Shown: positions 47,627 to 58,544, numbered from the stretch's first letter. The stretch is 64,000 nucleotides of DNA from Acholeplasmataceae bacterium (GCA_012838705.1 DUOT01000109.1:8578-72577); one strand, 5' to 3'. A program made the numbers and translations. The notes: generated from the letters alone by a model not told the origin.

Positions 47627-49570
47627 ATGAGTAATATCGACAAATTATCAATTCAAACATTAAGACAACTTGCAATCGAAGCAATTGATAATGCTAATTC
47701 AGGGCATCCTGGGATTGCTCTTGGTGCTGCCCCAACCATCCATACTTTGTATACAAAATTTTTAAATATTTATCCTCATGAGGATAAATGGCTTAATCGT
47801 GACCGTTTTGTTTTATCTGCTGGTCATGGTTCATCATTACTTTATGCTGTATTACATTTAAGTGGATATCTATCGATTGAAGATTTAAAAAACTTTCGAA
47901 ATTTAAATAGTATAACTCCAGGTCATCCAGAATCTCATATCACCCCTGGTGTTGATGCAACTAGTGGGCCACTAGGACAAGGGATTGGGGAAGCAGTTGG
48001 GATTGCGATTGCGGAAGCACATTTACATGGAAAGTTTCCAAATATTATTGATCATTATACTTATTGCTTATGTGGTGATGGTGACCTGCAAGAAGGTGTT
48101 GCGCAGGAAGCACTTAGTTTAGCTGGTAATTTATCATTAAACAAATTAATTCTTTTATATGATTCGAATGATATTCAGTTAGATAGTAAAGTTCAAGATA
48201 CTAATACTGAAAATACTCGTGATAAGATTCTCGCAATGAATTGGAATTATATATTAGTAAGTGATGGCGAAAATATTGAAGAATTAGAGAAGGCTATAGT
48301 AAATGCGCAAAATTCAGATAAACCAACATTGATTGAAATAAAAACAATTATTGGAATTGGAGCAAGTAATGCTGGTACTCCAAGTGTTCATGGTGCACCC
48401 CTTAAGCATGATGAAGTTGTTGCTATGAGAAAGGCTTTAGGTGGAGAGCCATTTACAGTTAGTGACGAAGTTTATAAGTATTATGAAGAAAAGTTAATAA
48501 ATAAAGGTAAAGAAAAATATTTAGCTTGGAAACAAAACCTTAATGATGAGTTTTTAAGTCTTTTAGAGCCTATAAAAGTTGATTTAGATAAAATGCCTAC
48601 TTTTCCAGATGACTATAAAGCAGCAACAAGAGTATCTAGTGGAAAAGTATTAGATAGCCTAAGTAAAGAATTCCCACAATTAATTGGTGGATCAGCAGAC
48701 TTATCCTCATCTACAAAAGTAGCAGGAGCTGATGGTGACTTCACACAAACAAATCGTCTTGGAAGAAATATTAAATTTGGAGTTCGTGAACATGCGATGG
48801 CAGCAATCACAAATGGAATAGCTTTACATGGTGTCTTAAGGCCATTTTGTAGTGGGTTCTTTGTCTTTAGTGATTATATGAAACCTGCAATTCGTCTATC
48901 AGCCCTAATGGAACTACCTGTAATTTATATCTTTACTCATGATTCTATAGCTGTAGGTGAAGATGGTCCTACTCATCAGCCAATTGAGCAACTAACAATG
49001 CTTCGAAGTATTCCTAATCTTAATGTTATTCGTCCTGCTGATGCAAACGAAGTTAAAGTTGCTTATAAACTTGCTTTAGAAAGTAAAAAGACACCAACAG
49101 TTATTGTCCTAACAAGACAAGATGTAGGAAATGTTGTAAAAGGGGAAGTGGAACTTGAAAAAGGTGGATATATAGCTAAAGATGAAGAGAATTTTGAAGG
49201 AATTTTAATTGCTTCAGGATCAGAATTAGAACTAGCATTAAATGCACAAAAGCTATTAAAAGAAAAAGGCGTAAACGTGCGTGTTGTTAGTATGCCAAGC
49301 ACGAATCTCTTTGATAAACAAGATGAAAGCTATAAAGAAAAAGTGTTGCCACCTCATATTACAAAAAGACTTGCGATTGAGTTAAGTGAAGGAGCACATC
49401 TATATAAATATGTTGGCCTATTTGGAGATGTATATGGAATGTGTGAATTTGGTCGTAGTGGAAAAGGAAGTGTGGTTATAAATCACTTTGGATTTACACC
49501 AGAAAAAATAGTAGAAAGATATTTAAAACTGCCTAATATTGATATTATCCGTTATATAAATAATGATTAA
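47627..49570 (+). CDS. tkt: Transketolase
   Basis: TPP motif GDGDLQEGV, N-terminal SGHPG, 647 aa. Confidence 0.95.
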   Translation: MSNIDKLSIQTLRQLAIEAIDNANSGHPGIALGAAPTIHTLYTKFLNIYPHEDKWLNRDRFVLSAGHGSSLLYAVLHLSGYLSIEDLKNFRNLNSITPGHPESHITPGVDATSGPLGQGIGEAVGIAIAEAHLHGKFPNIIDHYTYCLCGDGDLQEGVAQEALSLAGNLSLNKLILLYDSNDIQLDSKVQDTNTENTRDKILAMNWNYILVSDGENIEELEKAIVNAQNSDKPTLIEIKTIIGIGASNAGTPSVHGAPLKHDEVVAMRKALGGEPFTVSDEVYKYYEEKLINKGKEKYLAWKQNLNDEFLSLLEPIKVDLDKMPTFPDDYKAATRVSSGKVLDSLSKEFPQLIGGSADLSSSTKVAGADGDFTQTNRLGRNIKFGVREHAMAAITNGIALHGVLRPFCSGFFVFSDYMKPAIRLSALMELPVIYIFTHDSIAVGEDGPTHQPIEQLTMLRSIPNLNVIRPADANEVKVAYKLALESKKTPTVIVLTRQDVGNVVKGEVELEKGGYIAKDEENFEGILIASGSELELALNAQKLLKEKGVNVRVVSMPSTNLFDKQDESYKEKVLPPHITKRLAIELSEGAHLYKYVGLFGDVYGMCEFGRSGKGSVVINHFGFTPEKIVERYLKLPNIDIIRYINND

Positions 49571-49572
49571 TT

Positions 49573-49598
49573 ATGCCACAAAAGTGTGGCATTTTTTA
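49573..49598 (+). terminator. tkt terminator
   Basis: ATGCCACA-aaag-TGTGGCAT followed by T6. Confidence 0.6.
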
Positions 49599-49683
49599 TA
49601 TATAATGTGATAAAATAACAGTAGAAGGTAAAATAAAAGTTTTACCTCTATATAAGTGAATATAAAGATAAAAAGGTGAGAAT

Positions 49684-50604
49684 ATGAAAAAAACATTTTT
49701 TATAGTTTTGATGTTTCTATGTATGTTTGTTTTATCTGGTTGTCCACCAAAAGTAAAAGAAGAAATTGGATTGATTGAAAATAATAAATTTGGAAATGTT
49801 TATATAAATTTTATAACTGTGTATCAAGAGAATGAAGATTATATAGTTTTAAATATTGAACATAAAAATTCACTTAAAAACTTTTATATTACTGGAAATA
49901 GTTTAGATATCCTTGGTGGTGTTGCTTTTGGGTATGAGCTTGAGAGAAAATCAATTGATGGCCGTGAGTTTTTTTATGTTGACTTAAATGAATTTGACGT
50001 GGGAAAAAATGATTCATTTTACCTAATTTTATCACTACCTAAAAATAGTGTATATGAAAATATATATTATGAAGAAATTGTTGATAGTGAAATAGTAGCA
50101 CATTCTTTTGATATATGTTTAAATTATGATAACAATAAAAATAACAAGATAGAAAACTATAAATTTTTTATTTATGCTAGAAGTGATAGTGAAGAAGGAA
50201 GATATGACCAAAACGGTAAAATAATCATTTATAATAATATAGATGACTTTTTAGATAACAATGGTTTTTATGAATATATATATTTACCTCATATTAATTG
50301 TGAAATGGCAAGTTTATCTAAAGAAATAATATATTATCCTAATTATGAACATACATTATTTTTATCTAGTGATAACTTTACGTTAAGAGTTTGGGAAAGT
50401 AATACGGGAATTGTATATGGTAACCAGCAAAAACAATATTATGAATATAATGGTATTAATTATACAATCATTCTTCAAGAAGCAGAAAGAGGCTTTAATA
50501 TTGATTTTGTAATTGATGAATGTATTCAATATCATTATAATGTTTTTAATAATAATATTGATTTTGACTTAACTTTTATTCACTCTCTTCAGAAATATTC
50601 ATAA
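49684..50604 (+). CDS. Hypothetical lipoprotein
   Basis: Signal peptide with lipobox LSGC. No recognisable family. Confidence 0.5.
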   Translation: MKKTFFIVLMFLCMFVLSGCPPKVKEEIGLIENNKFGNVYINFITVYQENEDYIVLNIEHKNSLKNFYITGNSLDILGGVAFGYELERKSIDGREFFYVDLNEFDVGKNDSFYLILSLPKNSVYENIYYEEIVDSEIVAHSFDICLNYDNNKNNKIENYKFFIYARSDSEEGRYDQNGKIIIYNNIDDFLDNNGFYEYIYLPHINCEMASLSKEIIYYPNYEHTLFLSSDNFTLRVWESNTGIVYGNQQKQYYEYNGINYTIILQEAERGFNIDFVIDECIQYHYNVFNNNIDFDLTFIHSLQKYS

Positions 50605-50640
50605 TAAAAAACTCCTAATTATTTAGGAGTTTAGCTTTTT
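50605..50640. terminator. Bidirectional terminator shared by the lipoprotein gene and sspI
   Basis: AACTCCTAA-ttatt-TTAGGAGTT with flanking A and T runs. Confidence 0.55.
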
Positions 50641-50840
50641 ACCGCCTCCACAATATGATTGATAATTGTGTTTTTCATATTGGGATCAGATCTTTGCCAG
50701 AGGACTTCAAACATTACTCCAAGTCCAGGTAATACTTTTTCTTCTTGGATGGAGATTGCATCTTCAATTGTGTTTCTCACAACATCAAAATTTGCATTAT
50801 TTAAATTTTGTAATACATACTTACGAATATTAATGTCCAT
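50631..50840 (-). CDS. sspI: Small acid-soluble spore protein I
   Basis: MDINIRKYVLQNL...EEKVLPGLGVMFEVLWQ is collinear with B. subtilis SspI (EEKMLPGLGVLFEVIWQ). Confidence 0.8.
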   Translation of the reverse strand: MDINIRKYVLQNLNNANFDVVRNTIEDAISIQEEKVLPGLGVMFEVLWQRSDPNMKNTIINHIVEAVKS

Positions 50841-50924
50841 AATTTTCTCCTTTTTTGTGTTTTCTTATATTAATTTTGCCCTAATAATGGTATAATATAC
50901 AAAAGAATTAAAAAGGAGTAGATT

Positions 50925-52283
50925 ATGGATTTTTTAAAACTAGTTAAGGAAAATAAAGAAAATTTATTAAAAGATTTAGTAACATTATTACAAATGGATA
51001 CTGTTGGTAAAGAGCAGTTGCATGTAAAAGAGGCACCATTTGGTGAAAATGTTCGTGATGCTCTTTTATATATGTTAAGACTTGGAGAAAAAGAAGGTTT
51101 TAAAACTGAAAATATTGATAATGTTGCTGGTCATATTGAATATGGTGAGGGAGAAGAAATTATTGGAGTTTTATGCCATCTTGATGTTGTTCCTGCTGGT
51201 GATGGATGGACTTATCCACCATTTGGCGGAACGATTGTTGATGGAAAAATATATGCTCGTGGAGCTTTAGACGATAAAGGTCCTGCAATGAGTAGCTTTT
51301 ATGCATTAAAAATATTAAAAGATGCTGGTGTAAAATTAAATAAACGCGTTAGGTTAATTTTAGGAACTGATGAAGAATCTGGAATGAGGTGCGTAAAAAG
51401 ATATTTAGAAGTTTGTAAGATGCCTGATTTAGGTTTTTCTCCTGATGCTAATTTTCCTTTAATCTATGGTGAAAAAGGAATAATGTCGATTGATTTATTA
51501 AGTGAAGAAAAAGAAAGTTTTTCACTTACTTCTGGTGAGCGATATAATGTCGTTCCTGACAGTGCAAGTGTTAAAATAAATCAAGACTTAAAAGAAGAAT
51601 TTACAAAATACTTAGAAACTCATAAGTTCCAAGGCGAAATTAAGGAAAGTGAATATAAACTTTTTGGAGTAAGTAGTCATGCAATGGAACCGGAAAAAGG
51701 AGTTAATGCTTTAATAAATCTTTCAATATTTTTAAGCAAATATACAAGTAATAATTTAGTAAGATTTATTGCGGAGAAGTTAAATGATACAAGGTTTAAA
51801 ACATTAAAACTAGATTTTTCTGATTCGGAGATGAAAGATTTAACTGTCAATGTTGCCTTTGCAAGAATTGATGAAAATGGTGGTAAAGTAGGATTAAACT
51901 TACGTTATCCAATAAATTGGGATAAAGATACATTTTTAGATAAATTTTCAAAAGAAGCAGAAAATTATGGGATAAAGGTTGTTGTGAAGGAAGATAGTAA
52001 TCCACATTTTGTTGATCGAAACAGCAAACTTGTAAGAACGCTTCATGATGCTTATATAAAATATACTGGTGATGACAAAACTAAACTTATGACGATTGGT
52101 GGTGGGACTTATGCGCGAACATTAGGTAATGCTGTTGCATTTGGAATGTTAATGCCTGGTCGTGAAGATGTTGTTCATAAACGTGATGAATATATTTATA
52201 TCGATGATTTAATTACATCAATAGCAATATATGCAGAAGCAATTTACAAATTGGGGACTAAAAATGAGACTAAGGAAAATTAA
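50925..52283 (+). CDS. pepV: M20-family dipeptidase (PepV/Sapep-like)
   Basis: HLDVVPAGDGW, DDKGP and a dipeptidase-like length. Confidence 0.8.
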   Translation: MDFLKLVKENKENLLKDLVTLLQMDTVGKEQLHVKEAPFGENVRDALLYMLRLGEKEGFKTENIDNVAGHIEYGEGEEIIGVLCHLDVVPAGDGWTYPPFGGTIVDGKIYARGALDDKGPAMSSFYALKILKDAGVKLNKRVRLILGTDEESGMRCVKRYLEVCKMPDLGFSPDANFPLIYGEKGIMSIDLLSEEKESFSLTSGERYNVVPDSASVKINQDLKEEFTKYLETHKFQGEIKESEYKLFGVSSHAMEPEKGVNALINLSIFLSKYTSNNLVRFIAEKLNDTRFKTLKLDFSDSEMKDLTVNVAFARIDENGGKVGLNLRYPINWDKDTFLDKFSKEAENYGIKVVVKEDSNPHFVDRNSKLVRTLHDAYIKYTGDDKTKLMTIGGGTYARTLGNAVAFGMLMPGREDVVHKRDEYIYIDDLITSIAIYAEAIYKLGTKNETKEN

Positions 52284-52908
52284 AAATGCTGATGAGATAC
52301 TCCAAAATTCTAGTATAGTTATTAAAAATGCGGAAATGAATTTTGGAAAATGGCACAGTTATTTTCAAAATCAAAATCCAATATATTTAGAAATAGGAAT
52401 GGGGAAAGGAAAATTCATCATTGAACACGCTAGAAGAAATCCTCATATTAATTTTATGGGTTTTGAAAAGGAACCAACAGTTATATGTAAAGCATTACGA
52501 AAAATAGATGATAGTATTAATAATCTAAAAATTATATGTGATGATGCAGAAAACTTAGATAAAATATTTTCCGAAGGCGAAATTGAGAGAATCTTTTTAA
52601 ACTTTAGTGATCCATGGCCTAAAAACCGTCATGAGAAAAGAAGATTAACATATGATACAAAACTTGACATTTATAAAAAAATATTAAATAATAATAATAA
52701 GATAGAACTTAAAACTGATAATCGTCATTTTTTTGAATATAGTTTAATGCAATTTAATAAAAACAAATTTACTTTTTCTAATTTAAGTTTAAATCTTCAT
52801 GAAGATTATGATGATATAATTACAACAGAATATGAAGATAAATTTAAAGAAATGGGAAAACAAATATATTATGTAGAGGTTAGTTATGGAAAGAATGAAA
52901 CTTTATGA
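52264..52908 (+). CDS. trmB: tRNA (guanine46-N7)-methyltransferase
   Basis: MRLRKIKNA..GKW..NPIYLEIGMGKGKFI is collinear with B. subtilis TrmB. The frame is open from 52231. Confidence 0.85.
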   Translation: MRLRKIKNADEILQNSSIVIKNAEMNFGKWHSYFQNQNPIYLEIGMGKGKFIIEHARRNPHINFMGFEKEPTVICKALRKIDDSINNLKIICDDAENLDKIFSEGEIERIFLNFSDPWPKNRHEKRRLTYDTKLDIYKKILNNNNKIELKTDNRHFFEYSLMQFNKNKFTFSNLSLNLHEDYDDIITTEYEDKFKEMGKQIYYVEVSYGKNETL

Positions 52909-53950
52909 AAAACTAGTAAATCTTAATGGGATTTCAGGATACGAAAGTAGTGTCAGAAAATTTGTTCGTGAAGAACTTGAAAAAGTTAGTGATGAAATCG
53001 TTCAAGATAAATTAGGTAGTGTTTTTGGTATTAGTCATGGTAATGGACCAAAAATAATGATTGCAGGACATATGGATGAAGTTGGAGCAATGGTTGTCAA
53101 GATAACTGATAAAGGATTTATTAAAATGATTCCAATCGGAGGTATTGATCCAAAAGTATTATTATCACAAAACGTTAATATTGTCGTTAGTGAGGACAAA
53201 TTAATCCGTGGTGTTATTGGGGCAGTTCCACCTCATATTAGTAGAGGGCTAGATGAACGAAAAGATATTACATTTGATGACCTACTTCTTGATATTGGTG
53301 CAGAATCAAAAGAACACGCAATGGAAATGGGAGTAAGAATTGGTCAACAAGTTGTTCCAGTTAATAATTATTATGTCATGGAAGATGGAAATAAAATTGT
53401 ATCAAAAGCATGGGATAATCGTTTTGGTGTTGGTATGGCAATTGAAATCATGCGTGAAATCCATGGTACTAATCATCCGAATACTGTTATTGCTGGAGCA
53501 ACAGTTCAAGAAGAAGTTGGCTTAAGAGGTGCAATTACAGCAACAAATCTAATCAAACCTGATTTATTTATTGCGATTGATGTATCTCCAGTAGGTGACT
53601 TTTTAGATAGTAATCATCCACGTGCTTTTGGTAAATTAGGTGAAGGCTTTTTAGTACGTTTCTATGATCCAAGATGTATAATGCATCAAGGCATAAAGAA
53701 ATTTATAGAAAACTTAGCGCAAGAGAAAAACATTAAATATCAACAGTTTTTATCTATGGGAGGAACAGATGCTGCTGCAGCTCAATATTCTGGTGCTGTC
53801 GTAGCAACAATTGGACTTCCTGGTCGATATATTCATACTACAGCAGCAATAATTGATGTAAGAGATGTAGAAGAAGTTAAGAAAATGGTTCTTGCGATTA
53901 TTGAAAATTTTGATCAAAAAGCATTAGATGAAGTAAATGCAAATGTATAA
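52886..53950 (+). CDS. M42-family aminopeptidase (glutamyl aminopeptidase/YsdC-like)
   Basis: MIAGHMDEVG and an M42 architecture. Confidence 0.8.
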   Translation: MERMKLYEKLVNLNGISGYESSVRKFVREELEKVSDEIVQDKLGSVFGISHGNGPKIMIAGHMDEVGAMVVKITDKGFIKMIPIGGIDPKVLLSQNVNIVVSEDKLIRGVIGAVPPHISRGLDERKDITFDDLLLDIGAESKEHAMEMGVRIGQQVVPVNNYYVMEDGNKIVSKAWDNRFGVGMAIEIMREIHGTNHPNTVIAGATVQEEVGLRGAITATNLIKPDLFIAIDVSPVGDFLDSNHPRAFGKLGEGFLVRFYDPRCIMHQGIKKFIENLAQEKNIKYQQFLSMGGTDAAAAQYSGAVVATIGLPGRYIHTTAAIIDVRDVEEVKKMVLAIIENFDQKALDEVNANV

Positions 53951-54449
53951 AGTGTATGTTGGGACAAAAAACCCTGTTAAGCTCGAAGCAGTAAGAAAAG
54001 TACTTTCAGACTTTGAAGTTATTGGCTTAGACGTTAATAGTGGGGTTGGAAGTCAACCATTATCAGATGAAGAAACGATAATAGGTGCTAGGAATCGTGC
54101 TGAAAGTCTACCGAAAGGGTATTTTCGGATTGGTTTAGAGGCTGGTGTACAGGAGTGTTTAGGTGTTTTGTATCTTGTTAACTGGGGAGTATTAATTGAT
54201 GAAAAAGATAATTATTACTATGCAGGAGGAACAAGAATACCACTTCCAAAATTCATTAAGGACAAACTGTTTACCGAAGGAAAAGAACTAGCTGAAGTTA
54301 TGGACGAATATTTTAATACTGTCAATATAAAACATCATGAAGGGGCGATTGGCATCTTTACAAACTCTCTTGTAAAAAGGGTTGATATTTTTGTTCATAT
54401 TGTGAAACTTTTATATGGACAATATTTATCAAAAAATATAAATTTTTAA
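53937..54449 (+). CDS. Non-canonical purine NTP phosphatase (YjjX/inosine-xanthosine triphosphatase family)
   Basis: N-terminal VYVGTKNPVKLEAV..SGV..QP pattern. 170 aa. Confidence 0.65.
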   Translation: MQMYKVYVGTKNPVKLEAVRKVLSDFEVIGLDVNSGVGSQPLSDEETIIGARNRAESLPKGYFRIGLEAGVQECLGVLYLVNWGVLIDEKDNYYYAGGTRIPLPKFIKDKLFTEGKELAEVMDEYFNTVNIKHHEGAIGIFTNSLVKRVDIFVHIVKLLYGQYLSKNINF

Positions 54450-54459
54450 GGAGGTTTTT

Positions 54460-55011
54460 ATGAAAGGTTTAATTGTTTTAGCAAATGGTTTCGAGGATAC
54501 TGAAGCGATTTGTACAATCGATATTTTAAAACGTAGTGGAATGACTATCGTATCCGCAACCCCTCATGAAAACTTAGAAGTAGTAAGTCGATACGGGCTC
54601 AATGTAAAGGCAGATATTCATTTAGCTGAAGCGACAGAAAAAGACTTTGATTTTCTAGTTATTCCAGGGGGGAGAGCAGTATTTGAAGTTTGGGATAAAA
54701 ATGAAGAAATATCTAAACTAATTAAAGACTTTATTGGTGCTAAGAAATTAGTAGCTGCAATATGTGCTGCACCTTTGTTAGTAGGTAAAATTGGTGGTTA
54801 TGAAAACGAAAAATATACATGTTTCCCAGGATGTGATGAAAAGGTTACTAGTGGCAAACTTAAAGGATGTTGTGGTACTATTACTTCAGGTAACTTTATC
54901 ACTGGTAAAGCAATGTATTATACAACCGATTTTGCCTTAGCGATTGTAGAAAAGCTATTAGGAAAAGAAAAGAAAAAAGAAATACTAAGAAAAATTAAAG
55001 GACGAGGTTAA
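54460..55011 (+). CDS. DJ-1/PfpI-family protein
   Basis: The nucleophile elbow AAICAAPLLV is conserved. Confidence 0.8.
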   Translation: MKGLIVLANGFEDTEAICTIDILKRSGMTIVSATPHENLEVVSRYGLNVKADIHLAEATEKDFDFLVIPGGRAVFEVWDKNEEISKLIKDFIGAKKLVAAICAAPLLVGKIGGYENEKYTCFPGCDEKVTSGKLKGCCGTITSGNFITGKAMYYTTDFALAIVEKLLGKEKKKEILRKIKGRG

Positions 55012-55030
55012 TTAATTATTAACCTCTTTT
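54995..55030 (+). terminator. Terminator after the DJ-1 family gene
   Basis: GAGGTTAAT-taat-TATTAACCTC followed by T6. Confidence 0.5.
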
Positions 55031-55064
55031 TTATTACAATTTAAGGCATTTATCATATAATATA

Positions 55065-55877
55065 TTGGTGATATATGTGAATGTAGTGTTTCAAGGAGGA
55101 GGGATTAAGGGTCTTGCATATGTCGGGGCTTTAAAATATTTAGAAGAAAGAGGCTTGCATATAAAAAAGTGTGCAGGAACAAGTATTGGTGCTATTATGG
55201 CCGCTTTGGTTTGTGCTGGATATAAATCATATGAATTAGTTGAAATTCTAAATAATTTAGATATTGATATGTTATGGCCAAAAAAGAAAAACATCATTGA
55301 TAAAACAATAAGTACTGTAAAGCAAAAAAGTTTATATACATTAGATGTCCTTGAAAGATTTCTCCATTCACTATTTTCTAAAAAAGGAGTAACTAAATTT
55401 TCGGATTTAAAAGTGGGGAATGACTATCAAGTGAAAATGATAACAACATTTTTAAAAGAAAAGAAACTCATTGTTATACCAAATGATTTAAAATATTTTG
55501 GAATAAATCCAGACACTTTCCCACTTGCAAAAGGTGCATGTATGTCATCTGCACTTCCGTTAGTATATTCACCATATAAATTAAACGAGTATAAATTTAT
55601 CGATGGAGGTGTTATAGATAATTTTCCTATTTGGTTATTTGATGAAGCATTAGGGTTTAAATTAAGTAAAGAAAGTGATATTATTAATTATGCTCAAAGA
55701 AAAATCTTTAAAGCACCAAAAAAAAAAGAAAAAAATATTATTTTAATTGATACATCAAAATATAAAGCAACAGATTTTCGAAAAGGATATGAAGAAAGAT
55801 ATTATTTATTTAATTCAGGATATTATCATACTAAGGTGTTTTTTGATAATTATTTCCGGAAAAGGCTCGAAATATAG
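55065..55877 (+). CDS. Patatin-like phospholipase
   Basis: GGGIKG oxyanion motif, GTSIG (GxSxG) and DGG. Confidence 0.8.
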   Translation: MVIYVNVVFQGGGIKGLAYVGALKYLEERGLHIKKCAGTSIGAIMAALVCAGYKSYELVEILNNLDIDMLWPKKKNIIDKTISTVKQKSLYTLDVLERFLHSLFSKKGVTKFSDLKVGNDYQVKMITTFLKEKKLIVIPNDLKYFGINPDTFPLAKGACMSSALPLVYSPYKLNEYKFIDGGVIDNFPIWLFDEALGFKLSKESDIINYAQRKIFKAPKKKEKNIILIDTSKYKATDFRKGYEERYYLFNSGYYHTKVFFDNYFRKRLEI

Positions 55878-55947
55878 TGAAAATAAGACTTGAAGAAAAT
55901 ATTAAATTATGGTAGAATAAAAATTGAAATATGTGGTGGTGAGAGAT

Positions 55948-58443
55948 ATGATCGAAGAAAAAAATATAAAAACTAATACGGAAATCGTTGCCGAAGAAGA
56001 AAAAACTGAAGTAGTAGAACAATATGTTTTTGAAAGAATTAATTCCGATTTTAAAACAGGATTAACTGAAGATGTTGTATTAAAAAGGCAAGAACATGGA
56101 TATAGTAATGTTGCCGATACAAATAAAGGTAAAACTGTTGGTAGAATTATTCGAGACAACCTACTCACCTTTTTTAATATTCTTTATTTTGTAATTACAG
56201 TTCTTCTTTGTGTTGCTCAAAGTTGGAATAATCTCACCTTTTTGCCCGTAATTCTTTTAAACTTAGCAATAGGAATTTATCAAGAAATTAAAGCAAAAAG
56301 AATGATAGATAAATTATCATTAGTATCAGCACCACTAGCAACTGTTATTCGTGATGGTGAAAAACGGGAAGTACCAACTAGTGAAGTTGTTATTGATGAT
56401 ATTGTTGTATTTACTGCTGGTAATCAAATTTATACTGATAGTATAGTTGTTGATGGTTTTGTAGATGTTAATGAAGCGATGATTACTGGTGAATCTGATG
56501 CGATTTCAAAAAAACCAGGAGATATGTTATTCTCTGGAAGTTATATCGTTAGTGGTTCTTGTCATGCTCGAGTTGAACATGTCGGAAAGAATAATTATAT
56601 TGAAAAACTAGCAAGTGAAGCTCGTAAGCATCAAAAACCAAAATCCGAGTTATTAAGAACACTTACAATTATTATTAAAATTGTTGCTGTTATTATTATT
56701 CCGCTAGGACTTTTAACTTTCTTCCAAAACTGGACAATCAATGGACAAAGTGATCTAACAATATTAGAAAGATATGCATTTTCAATCAATAAAACTTCTG
56801 CGGTTGTTATTGGGATGATACCTGCAGGATTATTTTTACTAACAAGTATTGCACTTTTTGTTGGTGTTAGAAAACTTGGAAGAAATAAAACATTAGTTCA
56901 AGAATTATATTGTATTGAAATGCTTGCTCGTGTTGATGTTTTATGTCTTGATAAAACAGGAACAATAACAGACGGAACAATGCGAGTAATTGATTGTGTT
57001 GAAGTGAAAAATTCAACTGACTATACAATCCGAGAAATAGTCGGTTCAATGATGAATAGTTTTGATGATATTAACCCAACGAGTGAAGCTTTAATTAAAT
57101 ATTTTGATAAAAATAAAGTTTTAACTGCAGTTGAGAAATTACCATTTTCATCAAAACGTAAATATAGTGCTGTTACATTTGTAGATAGTAATAGTGAAAA
57201 TAAAGTTGGTTCATTTTTCTTAGGTGCTCCTGAATTTGTATTGACTGATCAATATGATAAAGTTAAATCAAAAGTTGAAAGATTAGCATCTGAAGGATAT
57301 AGAGTATTAGTATTAGGACATAATAATGGTCCTATCAAAGAAAAAAAGCCAACTAAATCAGTTAAGCCAATTGCTTTAATTGTTCTTCAAGATCATATTC
57401 GAGAAGAAGCCCCTGATACAATAAATTATTTTAAAGAAAATGGGGTTGAAATTAAAGTTATTTCTGGTGATAATCCAATGACGGTTGCGGAAATAGCACG
57501 TCGTGCTGGAATTGATAATGCAAATAAATTTATTAGTTTAGAAGGATTATCTGATGAAGAAGTTAGTGCAATTGCATTTGATTACACTGTTTTTGGAAGA
57601 GTTTCACCAACTCAAAAACGTGTATTAGTTCAAACGTTTAAAGAAAACAAAAAAACAGTTGCGATGACTGGTGACGGTGTTAATGATATTCTTGCTTTAA
57701 AAGAAGCAGATTGCTCAATTGCGATGGCATCAGGTAGTGAAGCTGTACGTTATGTTTCTCATTTAGTATTAACAGATTCTAATTTCGCATCTATGCCGAA
57801 GGTTGTTGCGGAAGGAAGAAGAGTAATAAATAATATTCAACGTACATCATCACTATTTCTAGTGAAGACAATCTTTACAACACTCCTTACAATTATGTAT
57901 TTAATTTTAGGAAAAGTTACAAATAATAGTATTGTTTATCCATTTGAACCATCACAATTAATTTTAATCGAATTATTAATATTAGGACTTCCTGCAACTA
58001 TTCTTGCTTTGCAACCAAATAATGAAAAAGTTGAAGGTAAGTTTATTATTAATGTTTTAAGAAGGACCCTTCCGGGAGCTTTAACTGTTGTATTATGTCA
58101 TGGAATATTATATTACTTGCAACCAAGCTTTGGTTGGACCCAAGCTGAATATTCCACATTCACAATAATACTTACAACAGCTATTTGTTTCTATGTATTA
58201 TTCCAAGTTACAAAACCATTTAATTGGTGGAAAATATTAATGTATGTTTCCATGGTAGCATTATGTTTAATTGCAATTTTCTACTATGGTGATGGATTAA
58301 TCTTTGGGAAACCATTACTTAATCTTGTTCAGTTTAGTCATCGTGAATCAAGGATATTATTATTACTGTTCATGGTGTCATCTTATCCAGTTATGTTACT
58401 TATTGATAAGCTATTTGTAAGGGTCGGCCTATTTAAAAAATAA
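55948..58443 (+). CDS. P-type ATPase, type II (Ca2+/cation-transporting E1-E2)
   Basis: N-terminal TGLTEDVVLKRQEHGYSN, DKTGTIT and GDGVNDILALKEAD. The frame is open from 55924. Confidence 0.85.
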   Translation: MIEEKNIKTNTEIVAEEEKTEVVEQYVFERINSDFKTGLTEDVVLKRQEHGYSNVADTNKGKTVGRIIRDNLLTFFNILYFVITVLLCVAQSWNNLTFLPVILLNLAIGIYQEIKAKRMIDKLSLVSAPLATVIRDGEKREVPTSEVVIDDIVVFTAGNQIYTDSIVVDGFVDVNEAMITGESDAISKKPGDMLFSGSYIVSGSCHARVEHVGKNNYIEKLASEARKHQKPKSELLRTLTIIIKIVAVIIIPLGLLTFFQNWTINGQSDLTILERYAFSINKTSAVVIGMIPAGLFLLTSIALFVGVRKLGRNKTLVQELYCIEMLARVDVLCLDKTGTITDGTMRVIDCVEVKNSTDYTIREIVGSMMNSFDDINPTSEALIKYFDKNKVLTAVEKLPFSSKRKYSAVTFVDSNSENKVGSFFLGAPEFVLTDQYDKVKSKVERLASEGYRVLVLGHNNGPIKEKKPTKSVKPIALIVLQDHIREEAPDTINYFKENGVEIKVISGDNPMTVAEIARRAGIDNANKFISLEGLSDEEVSAIAFDYTVFGRVSPTQKRVLVQTFKENKKTVAMTGDGVNDILALKEADCSIAMASGSEAVRYVSHLVLTDSNFASMPKVVAEGRRVINNIQRTSSLFLVKTIFTTLLTIMYLILGKVTNNSIVYPFEPSQLILIELLILGLPATILALQPNNEKVEGKFIINVLRRTLPGALTVVLCHGILYYLQPSFGWTQAEYSTFTIILTTAICFYVLFQVTKPFNWWKILMYVSMVALCLIAIFYYGDGLIFGKPLLNLVQFSHRESRILLLLFMVSSYPVMLLIDKLFVRVGLFKK

Positions 58444-58544
58444 TCTTTACTTTTCTTAAGTATTATGGTAAAATATATAAATGTGAGTGATTGTCACTCC
58501 TTGCTTCAATATGAAGCCGTAAAGACCAAAAGGAGGTATAGAAA
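58444..58544 (+). promoter_or_regulatory. rpsF promoter and leader (candidate S6:S18 autoregulatory leader)
   Basis: Extended -10 TGgTAAAAT. Hairpin GAGTGA-ttg-TCACTC before RBS AAAGGAGG. Confidence 0.35.
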
